Positions 1 through 10,286 of a stretch of DNA of 64,000 bases are shown here, in pieces. The translations under genes were made by a program, and so were the position numbers. Position 1 is the first letter of the stretch. Every line of letters starts with the position of its first letter. Source of the stretch: an uncultured Desulfosarcina sp. (GTDB lineage Bacteria > Desulfobacterota > Desulfobacteria > Desulfobacterales > Desulfosarcinaceae); assembly GCA_963674945.2 (NCBI GenBank), contig CAXXWQ010000003.1, positions 2,432,001 through 2,496,000 of the forward strand. The letters run 5' to 3'. The notes beneath the pieces were generated by a model that had not been told where the DNA came from, did no database searches, and was given only the letters and a program-made list of their open reading frames with translations.

Positions 1-1011
1 TATCAAAACGCCGTACTCATCAAAGAAATAAAGCAGGCTGTCGTTACGCTTCCACACATATTCGTTATTTTCCAACACGACTGAACTCTTTTCATTGTAA
101 AGACCAATGAAGTTGATATTGTCTGTTGTTGAAAAAAACACGCCTCGTCCGGACTCATCTTTGATTTTAATCATACTGGAATCGGAGTAGTTAGTGGTCA
201 GTACGGCACTGAAACTATGAGACCATCCGTATCCGAGGGCTCCGCTCTGAGTGGACTGGCTGTTATAGAATCGTTTGAAAACCAAACCATTATGAAATGG
301 TGATGGGAGTGAGATATCTCTCTCTCTTTCCACCAAGTTGCCGCTTAAAATGTTTATCGGGTCACCTTTTTTTTCACATATCCGATATGGGGGGAGATTG
401 ATTTCGTTTCCCAAGTAAAGTTCGGTCTCCCAGTCGCAGGCATCGCCCACACCGTCACCATCATGATCCAGCTGACCTGGGTTAAACTCCTCTATACAGT
501 TGTCTGTGCAGTCGCCTACCCCATCTCCGTCAAAATCGTTTCCCTCGCAGCAATCAAAGTCTCCATCGCCGTCAGAATCCGGTAGCCAAAAATAAGCGTA
601 CAGGACGTCGTCAAACATTTGTGTTTCCGAATTATATGTACTATCCTTGTGGCAGATAGCAGATGGATTAGCAGTCCCTGAGTACATATGGGGCATGTAT
701 ACAGATTCGAGAACATAACTAATAGGGTTTGTCGGGTGGTTTGACTGAATTGCAGCAAAAGCTTCGTTGTAGCTATCGTAAACTCCCATTGCATGACCAA
801 TAAAATTAATACTTCCGTCTGTCCATACAGCATCGTGAAAAGAACCACAATCAGGGCTTAGCTCAGCCCCAAAGACATCGTGGCTGAATAGCAGAGGAAA
901 GTGAAATCCAAAGAGGGTAACGATTATGGTTATGGTAATTGATTTAACCGACATCAATTTCGACTTAAAGTGATAAGCCTTGATAAAAAAAGCAGAAATT
1001 CGCCTCATCAT
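1..1011 (-). CDS. Rhs/YD-repeat-type protein, N-terminal 337 aa (signal peptide, TSP3 Ca-binding repeats, DUF6531); continues beyond the window start
   Basis: Hand-translated, absent from the ORF track because no stop occurs in the window. ATG at 1011 follows an AGGGAGAG RBS and the frame is open to base 1. Motifs: DFDGDGVGDCTDNCIEEFNPGQLDHDGDGVGDACD (TSP3) and GDPINILSGNLVERERDISLP...FKRFYNSQ...GALGYGWSHSF (DUF6531), then YFFDEYG. Confidence 0.88.
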   Translation of the reverse strand, partial: MMRRISAFFIKAYHFKSKLMSVKSITITIIVTLFGFHFPLLFSHDVFGAELSPDCGSFHDAVWTDGSINFIGHAMGVYDSYNEAFAAIQSNHPTNPISYVLESVYMPHMYSGTANPSAICHKDSTYNSETQMFDDVLYAYFWLPDSDGDGDFDCCEGNDFDGDGVGDCTDNCIEEFNPGQLDHDGDGVGDACDWETELYLGNEINLPPYRICEKKGDPINILSGNLVERERDISLPSPFHNGLVFKRFYNSQSTQSGALGYGWSHSFSAVLTTNYSDSSMIKIKDESGRGVFFSTTDNINFIGLYNEKSSVVLENNEYVWKRNDSLLYFFDEYGVLI

Positions 1012-1141
1012 TCTCTCCCTTATCGCTCTGCTTATGCTTGAATGGAAAATGTAAGTTCAGCATTAATGGGGTTGAATCCGTATGTAAATTCACAGTTGAA
1101 AGACCAGACAAATGATGAATCAAATGAGGAAGAGGTATCGA

Positions 1142-1687
1142 TCATCTTGGTTGTACCTTGATAAAATGGGTCATCCTTCCTCTTGCATCGTAAATATAAT
1201 AATCGCCTGGATTCAAAGTATCATTTTCGTGCGACAGGTCACCGCCTAAGTTATTGACTTCCCACCAGTCGGGAATGCTATCGCCATCGGAGTCCATGAC
1301 GCCGTCGGAGGGGTCCAGTCCAAGATTATATTCATCCATGTTGTTTAACCCGTCACCGTCATAATCATCGGTCGGTCCTTGCGATAGGTCAGGAAAATAC
1401 TGAAGCTCCCAGTTGTTGGGAAGACCGTCGTCGAAAGAGACGATAGTGAGCGTGCCTCCGGATTTGATCACAGTGGTGGGTCTCAGTTTGACGGTCGCCT
1501 CCGTCGCCAATGTCACATCCACGCCATCGTCCACCGTGCAGCTGTTTTGGGTGATGATATTACCCGTGGAAGTATATGTGTCGCTGGTGAGACCCCCTTC
1601 CAGGTAGAGGTCGGCGGCAGCGGCAACGGATACCGCCAAAGGAATTGCCGTCAATATCCAAATCAAACAGGTAATGAATCTGTTCAT
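1142..1687 (-). CDS. Secreted protein with a beta-rich domain, bacterial TSP3-like Ca-binding repeats and one C-terminal YD repeat
   Basis: Signal peptide ending VAAA; DDGLPNNWE, DYDGDGLNNMDEY and DSDGDSIPDWWE repeats; terminal YIYDARGRMT. Confidence 0.8.
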   Translation of the reverse strand: MNRFITCLIWILTAIPLAVSVAAAADLYLEGGLTSDTYTSTGNIITQNSCTVDDGVDVTLATEATVKLRPTTVIKSGGTLTIVSFDDGLPNNWELQYFPDLSQGPTDDYDGDGLNNMDEYNLGLDPSDGVMDSDGDSIPDWWEVNNLGGDLSHENDTLNPGDYYIYDARGRMTHFIKVQPR

Positions 1688-1767
1688 CTTTTTTTCCTCG
1701 TGAGGTATTGTGGTGGAGGCAGGTCATGAGCGGTTACCAAAGAGCACTCTTCGATAATCGACTGGCA

Positions 1768-2889
1768 TCAAGATTTTTCCTCCAGTTTCGCCAGCCGGTC
1801 CAATACCTCATCCAAGGTCTTCTGGATGGCTTCGTTTTCCACTTTTAATTCATCGCTTACTGCCTTAAGCGCTTCGTTATCGGATTTTAGTTCTTCAACG
1901 GCAATCTGAAGCTCTTCGACAATATCCATGCTTGACGTCTGTTCCTTCAGTGTATCGATTTCAGTGCTCAGTTCCTTGACGGCTTCTACGATCGGCGGAA
2001 GTAATCGTGTGTATGCGATTGACTTGTAACCATCAGCGCCAGTCAGTACTAATTCCGGATATATCTCTTCTACTTCCTGGGCTATAAAGCCGAATTGATA
2101 TTTTTGATCCTTATCCGGCTTTTTCATTTTTGTGTGATATTTTACGCTGCGTAATTTCTTGATTTGGTCCAGTGAATCCCCAAGCTCCTCAATATCTTCC
2201 TTGATTCTTTCGTCCGAGGACTCACTAAAAATTCCATCTTCCCTAAAGAGGAAATACCCATTATCGTTCACCATAAGTTCTAAATAGGACACGCCATAAT
2301 AACCTCCAAAGAAGTTAGCCTTCATTGGTGTGCTCCAGTCGGTCATTAAATTCTGGACGATCAACCCGCCGGCCTTCGAACCTGCGACGGTCGTAGCGTC
2401 GCCTTTAACATGCAACATCGCACTCGGCGATGTCGTATTGATACCGACATTCCCAAATCTATTCTGAAACAATCCCAGATTCCATGGGATTGTCGAGCCG
2501 TTTGTACCGGAACCTGCGGATTCTAACCGGAAATTTCCGTTCTCATCCATCCGAAGCTTAATTGCGCCATTGCATGCACCGCAGTATTTATCATTGTTGT
2601 CCGCACCCGTCTTGATCTGCCAATTCCCGTATCCATCGTGTGTAGTTATACGAATTTGGCCACTGTCAAACCATATGTTGTCCTCACCTGTAAGATAAAT
2701 GGCAGGAGTTTCGTTCGCTCCCGGGACATGAAGCTTTCCCAGAGGATTCGTTACACCAACCCCGACTCTACCCTGCTCCGTTACAATCAAGCTCTCGGTA
2801 TCTTGGGAAAAAACAAAGGTAGGAGAAAAAAAGGTGAGAATAAACGCAATAATGATGGGCAATACGCATTGAACCGCTTTCATGGTCAT
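1768..2889 (-). CDS. Secreted tail-fibre-like protein with a Peptidase_S74 intramolecular chaperone and a C-terminal coiled coil
   Basis: Signal peptide; VGVGVTNP and GNVGINTTSP repeats; SDERIK autocleavage motif; GFIAQEVEEIYPELV; YTRLLPPIVEAVKEL. GGAGG RBS, so the true start may be the ATG at 2883. Confidence 0.88.
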   Translation of the reverse strand: MTMKAVQCVLPIIIAFILTFFSPTFVFSQDTESLIVTEQGRVGVGVTNPLGKLHVPGANETPAIYLTGEDNIWFDSGQIRITTHDGYGNWQIKTGADNNDKYCGACNGAIKLRMDENGNFRLESAGSGTNGSTIPWNLGLFQNRFGNVGINTTSPSAMLHVKGDATTVAGSKAGGLIVQNLMTDWSTPMKANFFGGYYGVSYLELMVNDNGYFLFREDGIFSESSDERIKEDIEELGDSLDQIKKLRSVKYHTKMKKPDKDQKYQFGFIAQEVEEIYPELVLTGADGYKSIAYTRLLPPIVEAVKELSTEIDTLKEQTSSMDIVEELQIAVEELKSDNEALKAVSDELKVENEAIQKTLDEVLDRLAKLEEKS

Positions 2890-3122
2890 CCCTCCGCATG
2901 GTCGTTAATGGCTATCGTTTCTTTTACAAGATCCAGGCTATTTATCAGAATCGCGTAGTTCGAAATCGCGCTTTAGCTACAACATTCACTCACATCTCAG
3001 CATATATCACTCACAACGTCGCATGGCAGAGGATCAACGTTCGGCCAAACGAATGGATGACCGTATTGTCGAATTTCTCAACAAACGGCAGCGTATTTTA
3101 GAAGATTGTATTGATAGAGAAT

Positions 3123-3151
3123 TTTATAAATCAGAAGAGTCGAAGTGTCAA
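3123..3151 (-). promoter_or_regulatory. Sigma70-type promoter upstream of the fibre/Rhs cluster
   Basis: Minus strand TTGACA-N17-TATAAA. Confidence 0.65.
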
Positions 3152-3743
3152 CACTATATATAAATGTACTCATTTCGCGTAAATTATAAGTAGTGAAAAA
3201 AATCTCATATACTGAAATTGAAATAATGAGGATTGGGGGCAGGTAAGTGAGGAAATAAGTATAGTGAGCATCAATTAACGAGACGAGTGAAAAAGTACCA
3301 ATCTTGATTGTTGCTTATCTTCCTTATTAATTTGCGAAATCATAATCCGAGTATAATGGCGATGAGGTCATGCCGAGATGGTAGAAGGAAGAAATCGTGC
3401 TTATCCCAAATTGCTTATCAGTTTTGTCGGACAACAAAAAGGATTCGGGAATCGTATTCTTGTTCCCCAAAATGGCCAAGGCCCCACCATTGAGGGCCTT
3501 AAAAATAGGTTGCAGTTAACTATTTTATCGGCTGGTTTGGGAAAAACGTGAGCCGACTATTTCCGGCACGGACCGTCAATTTCACTCGTAACGGCCGGTT
3601 TGGTGACGCAGCTAATGACCTGGTGCCCTCGATAAAGACAGCGATGAGGTTCTGATACGGCTCTCGGGGAACCTGATACCGTTTCCATTAACGAGGAGAG
3701 CATGGCATGTATGATGAACTTGACACATACGGAGTAAGAAACG

Positions 3744-4001
3744 ATGAAAAAGACTCCCATCGACAAAGACGAAGCCCTCAGGATCGCCCAAAAGCAATGC
3801 CCCCCATCGATAGAGTCGTTTGAGATTTATGAACAAAGGCCGGAAAATTGGAATATCTATGTTGCGCCGGCGGTTAGCGGGGAATGTTGGTATATCCAGG
3901 CGCCAGGCACAGGCGCCGGCCCGTAAATCTCTCGTGCCATAATCATTTCCAAGGAAAACGGCGAGGTAATCTATGATGGATCCGCAAACGATGAAGGATA
4001 A
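3744..4001 (+). pseudogene. Small hypothetical protein interrupted by an in-frame TAA at 3924-3926
   Basis: GGAG RBS. After the stop the same frame continues ISRAIIISKENGEVIYDGSANDEG to TAA at 4001. Confidence 0.5.
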
Positions 4002-4365
4002 AACGGTCCTCCGGCGTTCCCTATGTTATTGAAGCCCCAAAATATGCAGGGGGATCACAAGTTTCCCGCATCGCATTTTGTATAAGACTGCCTTTCCGAG
4101 ATTTTCCGGTGCAAGTTTTGTTTGACATTTCTTCCTTCAGAGGAGAATATCAATTTATAGCAACAGTACGACCTTAGCTCCTAATTTCTACACCGTTCCT
4201 ACCCGCCAGTTCATTCATGTTTGTTGCTTGATAATCCGGGTAACAATTTAAATTCATTAAATTAGTGCCCATTTTTCTGCGGACACATCTTGGGCAATCG
4301 CGCGGATCTTCCTGGATAGTGCTTGGGAGAAACCGTCTCGGTTAGTTATACAAAGTAGGTTTCAG

Positions 4366-4695
4366 ATGGCAAGCTTTCTTGAAAAACGAAAATCCACTCG
4401 TCACGATGCCAAGGGATCAATTACACTGTATTCATCCATCGTGCCTACCATGAATATACATGCAAGTATACTTGATGTCAGCCATGAAGGAATCAGTTTT
4501 TCGGCAAACAAACGATTGGCTCCTGGAACAACAATTCTGTATAAAGCCTCAATGGACAGCTGCTTGTGCCCGAACAAGGAAGGGGCCTGCCAATTGCATT
4601 CAATCAGCTTTGTGACGGTTAAATGGTGCAATGGGGGTATTACACATGAGGATCGCACCATTTATACGATGGGTGCGACTTATTTGATCCCTTAG
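4366..4695 (+). CDS. Stand-alone PilZ domain protein
   Basis: RxxxR (RKSTR) and DxSxxG (DVSHEG) motifs. Confidence 0.8.
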   Translation: MASFLEKRKSTRHDAKGSITLYSSIVPTMNIHASILDVSHEGISFSANKRLAPGTTILYKASMDSCLCPNKEGACQLHSISFVTVKWCNGGITHEDRTIYTMGATYLIP

Positions 4696-4950
4696 TGATG
4701 AGGGAATGCAATCAATTGAATATAGGCGTATCACCAAAAAACCGGATTCCCCGGCAGCGGTCTAATATAACCATAACAAACTGGCCATAGAATATTTCGC
4801 AAGCTTCCCGTGCTTCATCTTCACACGGCTGGATCATCCCCTCCCCCGATGGTCCGGCTTCCTTTTGTGCAATCATAACCAAAACCGGTCCGGCCCATTC
4901 GAATTGATCAAATTTGCTTACATAGTGCTTACACGGGCCTAAAAACACGA

Positions 4951-4983
4951 AAGGAGCTACAAATTTTAAATTTGTAACCCCTT
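4951..4983 (-). terminator. Hairpin downstream of tRNA-Arg
   Basis: Minus strand AAGGGGTTACAAATTT...AAATTTGTAGCTCCTT followed by T-rich sequence. Confidence 0.6.
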
Positions 4984-4991
4984 GAAATTTC

Positions 4992-5068
<77 letters not shown>

Positions 5069-5165
5069 TAAAGATGGACTGCTTTTTAAGCCAAACCGCA
5101 GTCCATGTCAATGGGTTCTTGAAATAATTATTGATCAAAGCCGACAAAGACTATAATTGCCGAGC

Positions 5166-5639
5166 ATGTGCCTCAGTCACGAACATTTTATGGAAATGGC
5201 GGTCGAACAGGCGATCCGCGCAGGCCGAATGGACGAAGTTCCCATCGGTGCGGTCATGGTGGATGCGCATCAAAATGTTATCGCCCGGGATCACAATCGA
5301 ACCATCAGCCGATGTGATCCCTCGGCCCATGCCGAGATGAATGTGATACGTGCGGCAGCCGCCAGGATACATAATTATCGTTTGTTAAACACGACGCTAT
5401 ATGTTACCGTCGAACCTTGTGCCATGTGCATGGGGACGATTTTGCATGCCAGGATCAAGACCCTTGTTTACGGAGCGCCGGATCCCAAATGGGGGGCCGC
5501 AGAAAGCCTTTACCAGTTGGGCAATGATACGCGACTCAATCACCAGGTGGAGATCGTTCATGGAATCTGTTCACACCGATGCAGTTCCGTGATTCAGGAA
5601 TTTTTCCGCCACCTGCGGGAAACGAAGAGTAAAGCCTGA
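5166..5639 (+). CDS. tadA: tRNA adenosine(34) deaminase
   Basis: EVPIGAV, DPSAHAE and TLYVTVEPCAMC motifs. Confidence 0.95.
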   Translation: MCLSHEHFMEMAVEQAIRAGRMDEVPIGAVMVDAHQNVIARDHNRTISRCDPSAHAEMNVIRAAAARIHNYRLLNTTLYVTVEPCAMCMGTILHARIKTLVYGAPDPKWGAAESLYQLGNDTRLNHQVEIVHGICSHRCSSVIQEFFRHLRETKSKA

Positions 5640-5652
5640 TACGTTTTTATGA

Positions 5653-6957
<1,305 letters not shown>

Positions 6958-6986
6958 AAAATGAGGTGGAAACACGGTTGCGACTA

Positions 6987-7015
6987 TTGACATTTCCCAT
7001 GCCTTGAAATACAAG
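6987..7015 (+). promoter_or_regulatory. Probable sigma70 promoter of tRNA-Pro
   Basis: TTGACA-N17-TACAAG, ending 10 nt before the tRNA. Confidence 0.55.
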
Positions 7016-7025
7016 GACCTTCCAT

Positions 7026-7102
7026 CGGGACATGGCTCAGTCTGGTAGAGCACAGCGTTCGGGACGCTGGGGTCGCAGGTTCAAATCCTGCTGTCCCGAC
7101 CA
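7026..7102 (+). tRNA. tRNA-Pro(CGG)
   Basis: 77 nt, CAGCG-TTCGGGA-CGCTG anticodon arm, TTCAAAT T-loop, encoded CCA. Confidence 0.97.
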
Positions 7103-7114
7103 ATAATAAAATCA

Positions 7115-7151
7115 AAGGGGTTGCGAACGATTCGCGACCCCTTATTTTTTT
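7115..7151 (+). terminator. Intrinsic terminator after tRNA-Pro
   Basis: AAGGGGTTGCGAA-CGA-TTCGCGACCCCTT followed by AT7. Confidence 0.75.
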
Positions 7152-7361
7152 CAAATGGAAGTTTCTTGGCAAATCGTTTCGTGTCTATTCGTGACCGCGC
7201 AGACAACACTCTTCCACAACCCCCGAGTCCCTCACAGACATTGCCAGCGAATAACATAAAGGAAATGCCGGCGGATTATATGAGAGGTGGTGGAACGTTT
7301 TGAAAAGATCACCTCTTTTGCCTTGACCACTCCCGTATTTTCCGAACTTCATTTTTTCTGA

Positions 7362-7553
7362 TTACCGGCACGCAGTACGGATTTTGTTGATTTCATCGGA
7401 TGGAATCCCAAGCCAGGTCAAAAAGTCCTTATGACCTTCAGGATTGCGTGTTTCAAACAGGCGGTGCCACTTCATCATCGTCTCATCTGACATTCCCATA
7501 TCCCGGAACATGGCAACCCAATCTTCTTTGTTAACTGTCTTTGACATTGTCAT
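7362..7553 (-). CDS. 63-aa protein resembling the C-terminal domain of a MerR subfamily, without an HTH
   Basis: WVAMFRDMGM...WHRLFE...PEGHKDFLTWLGIPSDEINKIR pattern (recalled similarity); AGGGAG RBS. Confidence 0.65.
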   Translation of the reverse strand: MTMSKTVNKEDWVAMFRDMGMSDETMMKWHRLFETRNPEGHKDFLTWLGIPSDEINKIRTACR

Positions 7554-7671
7554 TCTCCCTCTATTGTTGGTTTTTGTTACTGCCACGGCCATGACAATGT
7601 ATCGTATAAACTGTGAACCAATAGACAGGTCAACCGCTAAAAACCATTTTTTTCAAGCGCCAATACTCCCT

Positions 7672-8433
7672 CTATAGCCACACTGCCCAGTCGCCGTAGT
7701 CAAATATTCCGCTGCCGTGATTCAATTTGCCCTGTTCCTGCAACTGCCGAAAAGCGTCACGCATTCTGCATAAAATCTCAGGCTGAATATTCAATGTGTG
7801 ATGCGCAGGGAACACGTGCTTTGCCGGCAGGGCCGAAACCCGCTCCAGAGAGTTGAGGTACGCCTTCGGGTCGGTTGACGGGAAATAGGCAAACAGTGTG
7901 TCTTTATAAACCAGATCACCGGTAAAAAGATAACCGCGTTCCTTTTCCCAAAAACACATATGCCCTGGCGAATGGCCGGGTGTATGCAGAATTTGAACAA
8001 AACGGTCTCCGATGGGAATCACTTCATTACCCTTCAACACCCTTGTCGGATCGCCCTGGAAGAATTCATATGTATTTACGTCATACCCTTCCGGCAAGTC
8101 ACAGCGGTCCACAACCATGCCTTTCATCTGCTCCATTGTCAGGGGGAATTCTCCGTTTAGCCAGTTTATTTCAGCCTCATGGGCGTAAAAGTCCGGGAAG
8201 AATTTATGACCGCCGATGTGATCCCAATGAATGTGCGTGGCGATGGCAGTAACCGGCTTGTTCGTCAGCCGGATGACTTCCTCATAGATATTACAGATGC
8301 CAAGCCCGGTATCAATCAGCAGACTGTGGTCAGAGCCATTCAAGAGATAACAATGCGTTTCTTCCCAGTGGCGATATTCGCTTATGATATAAGTTTCCCT
8401 GTCGATTTGATCTATTGTAAACCAATTGTTCAT
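7672..8433 (-). CDS. MBL-fold metallo-hydrolase
   Basis: LIDTG, THIHWDHIGG (HxHxDH), HTPGHSPGH, LFTGD, PAH. Confidence 0.92.
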   Translation of the reverse strand: MNNWFTIDQIDRETYIISEYRHWEETHCYLLNGSDHSLLIDTGLGICNIYEEVIRLTNKPVTAIATHIHWDHIGGHKFFPDFYAHEAEINWLNGEFPLTMEQMKGMVVDRCDLPEGYDVNTYEFFQGDPTRVLKGNEVIPIGDRFVQILHTPGHSPGHMCFWEKERGYLFTGDLVYKDTLFAYFPSTDPKAYLNSLERVSALPAKHVFPAHHTLNIQPEILCRMRDAFRQLQEQGKLNHGSGIFDYGDWAVWL

Positions 8434-8482
8434 TTGATAAATCCTTAATCCATTTAATATTTCCTGTTTCCGTGGCACAAAA

Positions 8483-10118
8483 CCTGATTAAAACACTATA
8501 ACCAATTGATAAAACATATATATTATGGTAATATTAGGGCACTAAACGCTCACTTCGGAGGTGAAATCAATGCGGCGTCCGATCACCATAAAACACGAGA
8601 TGGAAAAACTTGCCAGTCATAGCGGATTGATCAATATCGGCGCATTACTTGATGCGATAAATTTCAGGTTCCGTTTCGAAAAGATCAACGGCGTCCATTG
8701 TGTAGACCCGAAAATTTCTCATGGTGACATTTTAGCTTCGATGATTGCTCTCATGAGTATTGGTAAACCTGATTACGATGCGATCGAGATTTTTCGTGAG
8801 AAGCAAGAATTTTTCAACAAGGCCATTGGCAATCGTGCATGCCCGTCAAGCCCGACATTGCGTCAGCGAATCGATTTGATCGGCAACCAAGCCGATAAGC
8901 TGATTAAGGATGCAGGCGTTGATTTGGTTCGATCCTGCGCTCCGGCGATTTCACCCATCCAAACCAGTGCGGGTGATTTCCTTCCTTTGGATATGGATGT
9001 GAGTCCGTTTGACAACTCAAAGACTCAAAAGGAAGGCGTTTCCAGAACCTACAAAGGCACGGATGGCTTCGCTCCGATCTTTGCCTACCTGGGCACCGAG
9101 GGGTATCTGGTGAATCTTGAGTTCAGAGAAGGAAAACAACACTGCCAGAAAAACACCCCCGAATTTATCAACGCCACCTTGGATTATGCCAGGCAAATTA
9201 CCGATCAGCCTATTTTGATGAGGTTGGATTCAGGAAACGACAGTCAAGACAACTTTCCTGACGATTCACGAAAGAATGTCCACTTTATCATCAAACGCAA
9301 TTTGCGTAGAGAATCTGTTCAAAAGTGGGTTGATCTGGCAAAAAAATCCGGCAAGCAACAGCATTGCCGCTCAGGAAAATGTGTATGGATCGGAAAGACG
9401 ATTGAAGACATCAACGGCAATCCATTGCGCTACCCAATCATCTTTGAGGTTACCGAAAGGCATACCAAAAAGGGCCAAGTACTGCTGTTCCCCGAGTATC
9501 AGATCGATACCTATTGGTGCAGCCTCGCACAGTTGCCACCGGATGAGGTGATTCGACTTTATCACGATCACGGTACCAGCGAGCAGTTTCACTCCGAACT
9601 CAAATCCGACATGGGCCTGGAGCGCTTGCCGAGCGGTCATTTTTCCACCAATAGCTTGATTCTTCATTTGGCGATGCTGACGTACAACATGCTACGGATT
9701 ATCGGACAAATCAGCATCGAAGAGAGTGATCCGACTGAATTGCCCGGTATACGCCGGAAGAAAGTTACCCGGCGTCGAATCCGGACAGTCATGCAGGACT
9801 TGATGTATATGGCCGGTCGATTAGTAACCAGAAGTAGAAAATGGTACATATCCTTTGGCCAACTCAATCCATTTTCCAAACTGATGGATCGGATTTATCT
9901 TCGTCTGAATTTGCTTTCCGCTATGAAGTAGCTATAATTTTTAAAAGAACAATTTTACAGGCATTTGCTTGGTGATTTGCTATGGCTAAAGAATGAGAAA
10001 CAGGAGCAAAATTCCTTCGAAATTTGAAAATAGTGAGAAAAATTATCAACAAATGATGGTGTGTGAGGCAATCGCCCCGCGCCAATCCTAACAGCAAAAA
10101 TTAGGCCACTGATTCAGG
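8483..10118 (+). mobile_element. IS1380-family insertion sequence (~1636 bp)
   Basis: Single transposase. Ends CCTGATTAAA and (reverse complement) CCTGAATCAG match at 7/10. Size is typical of the family. Confidence 0.7.
8561..9931 (+). CDS. IS1380-family DDE transposase
   Basis: PSSPTLRQR, LDMDVS, RLDSG, YHDHGTSEQFHSELK, LAMLTYN. Confidence 0.92.
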   Translation: MKSMRRPITIKHEMEKLASHSGLINIGALLDAINFRFRFEKINGVHCVDPKISHGDILASMIALMSIGKPDYDAIEIFREKQEFFNKAIGNRACPSSPTLRQRIDLIGNQADKLIKDAGVDLVRSCAPAISPIQTSAGDFLPLDMDVSPFDNSKTQKEGVSRTYKGTDGFAPIFAYLGTEGYLVNLEFREGKQHCQKNTPEFINATLDYARQITDQPILMRLDSGNDSQDNFPDDSRKNVHFIIKRNLRRESVQKWVDLAKKSGKQQHCRSGKCVWIGKTIEDINGNPLRYPIIFEVTERHTKKGQVLLFPEYQIDTYWCSLAQLPPDEVIRLYHDHGTSEQFHSELKSDMGLERLPSGHFSTNSLILHLAMLTYNMLRIIGQISIEESDPTELPGIRRKKVTRRRIRTVMQDLMYMAGRLVTRSRKWYISFGQLNPFSKLMDRIYLRLNLLSAMK

Positions 10119-10286
10119 TATTTTCCTTTATGGAATATCTGACATAACCGATAATGCAAGAAAAGATTCAAATCTCGTCATCCGTTCCATGGTTTTCCAA
10201 ATGTAAGTAATAATGAATATCGATAGTAAGAAAACTGCGAACAGTTTTTAAAAAAGTTTTTCATCTGAGGGAAATGTTGGCCGTGC

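Noticed and set aside
516..848. 110-aa ORF in the track
   Set aside because: Alternative frame inside the Rhs-type gene, which carries the recognisable motifs.
1768..2889. Prophage suggested by the tail-fibre domain
   Set aside because: The protein has a signal peptide, and no capsid, terminase or other phage genes are in the window.
3640..3680. GAGCCGTAT on the minus strand resembling group II intron domain V
   Set aside because: The remainder of domains V/VI and a reverse transcriptase are absent.
7672..8433. Beta-lactamase resistance gene next to an IS
   Set aside because: No signal peptide; the motifs fit a generic cytoplasmic MBL-fold hydrolase.
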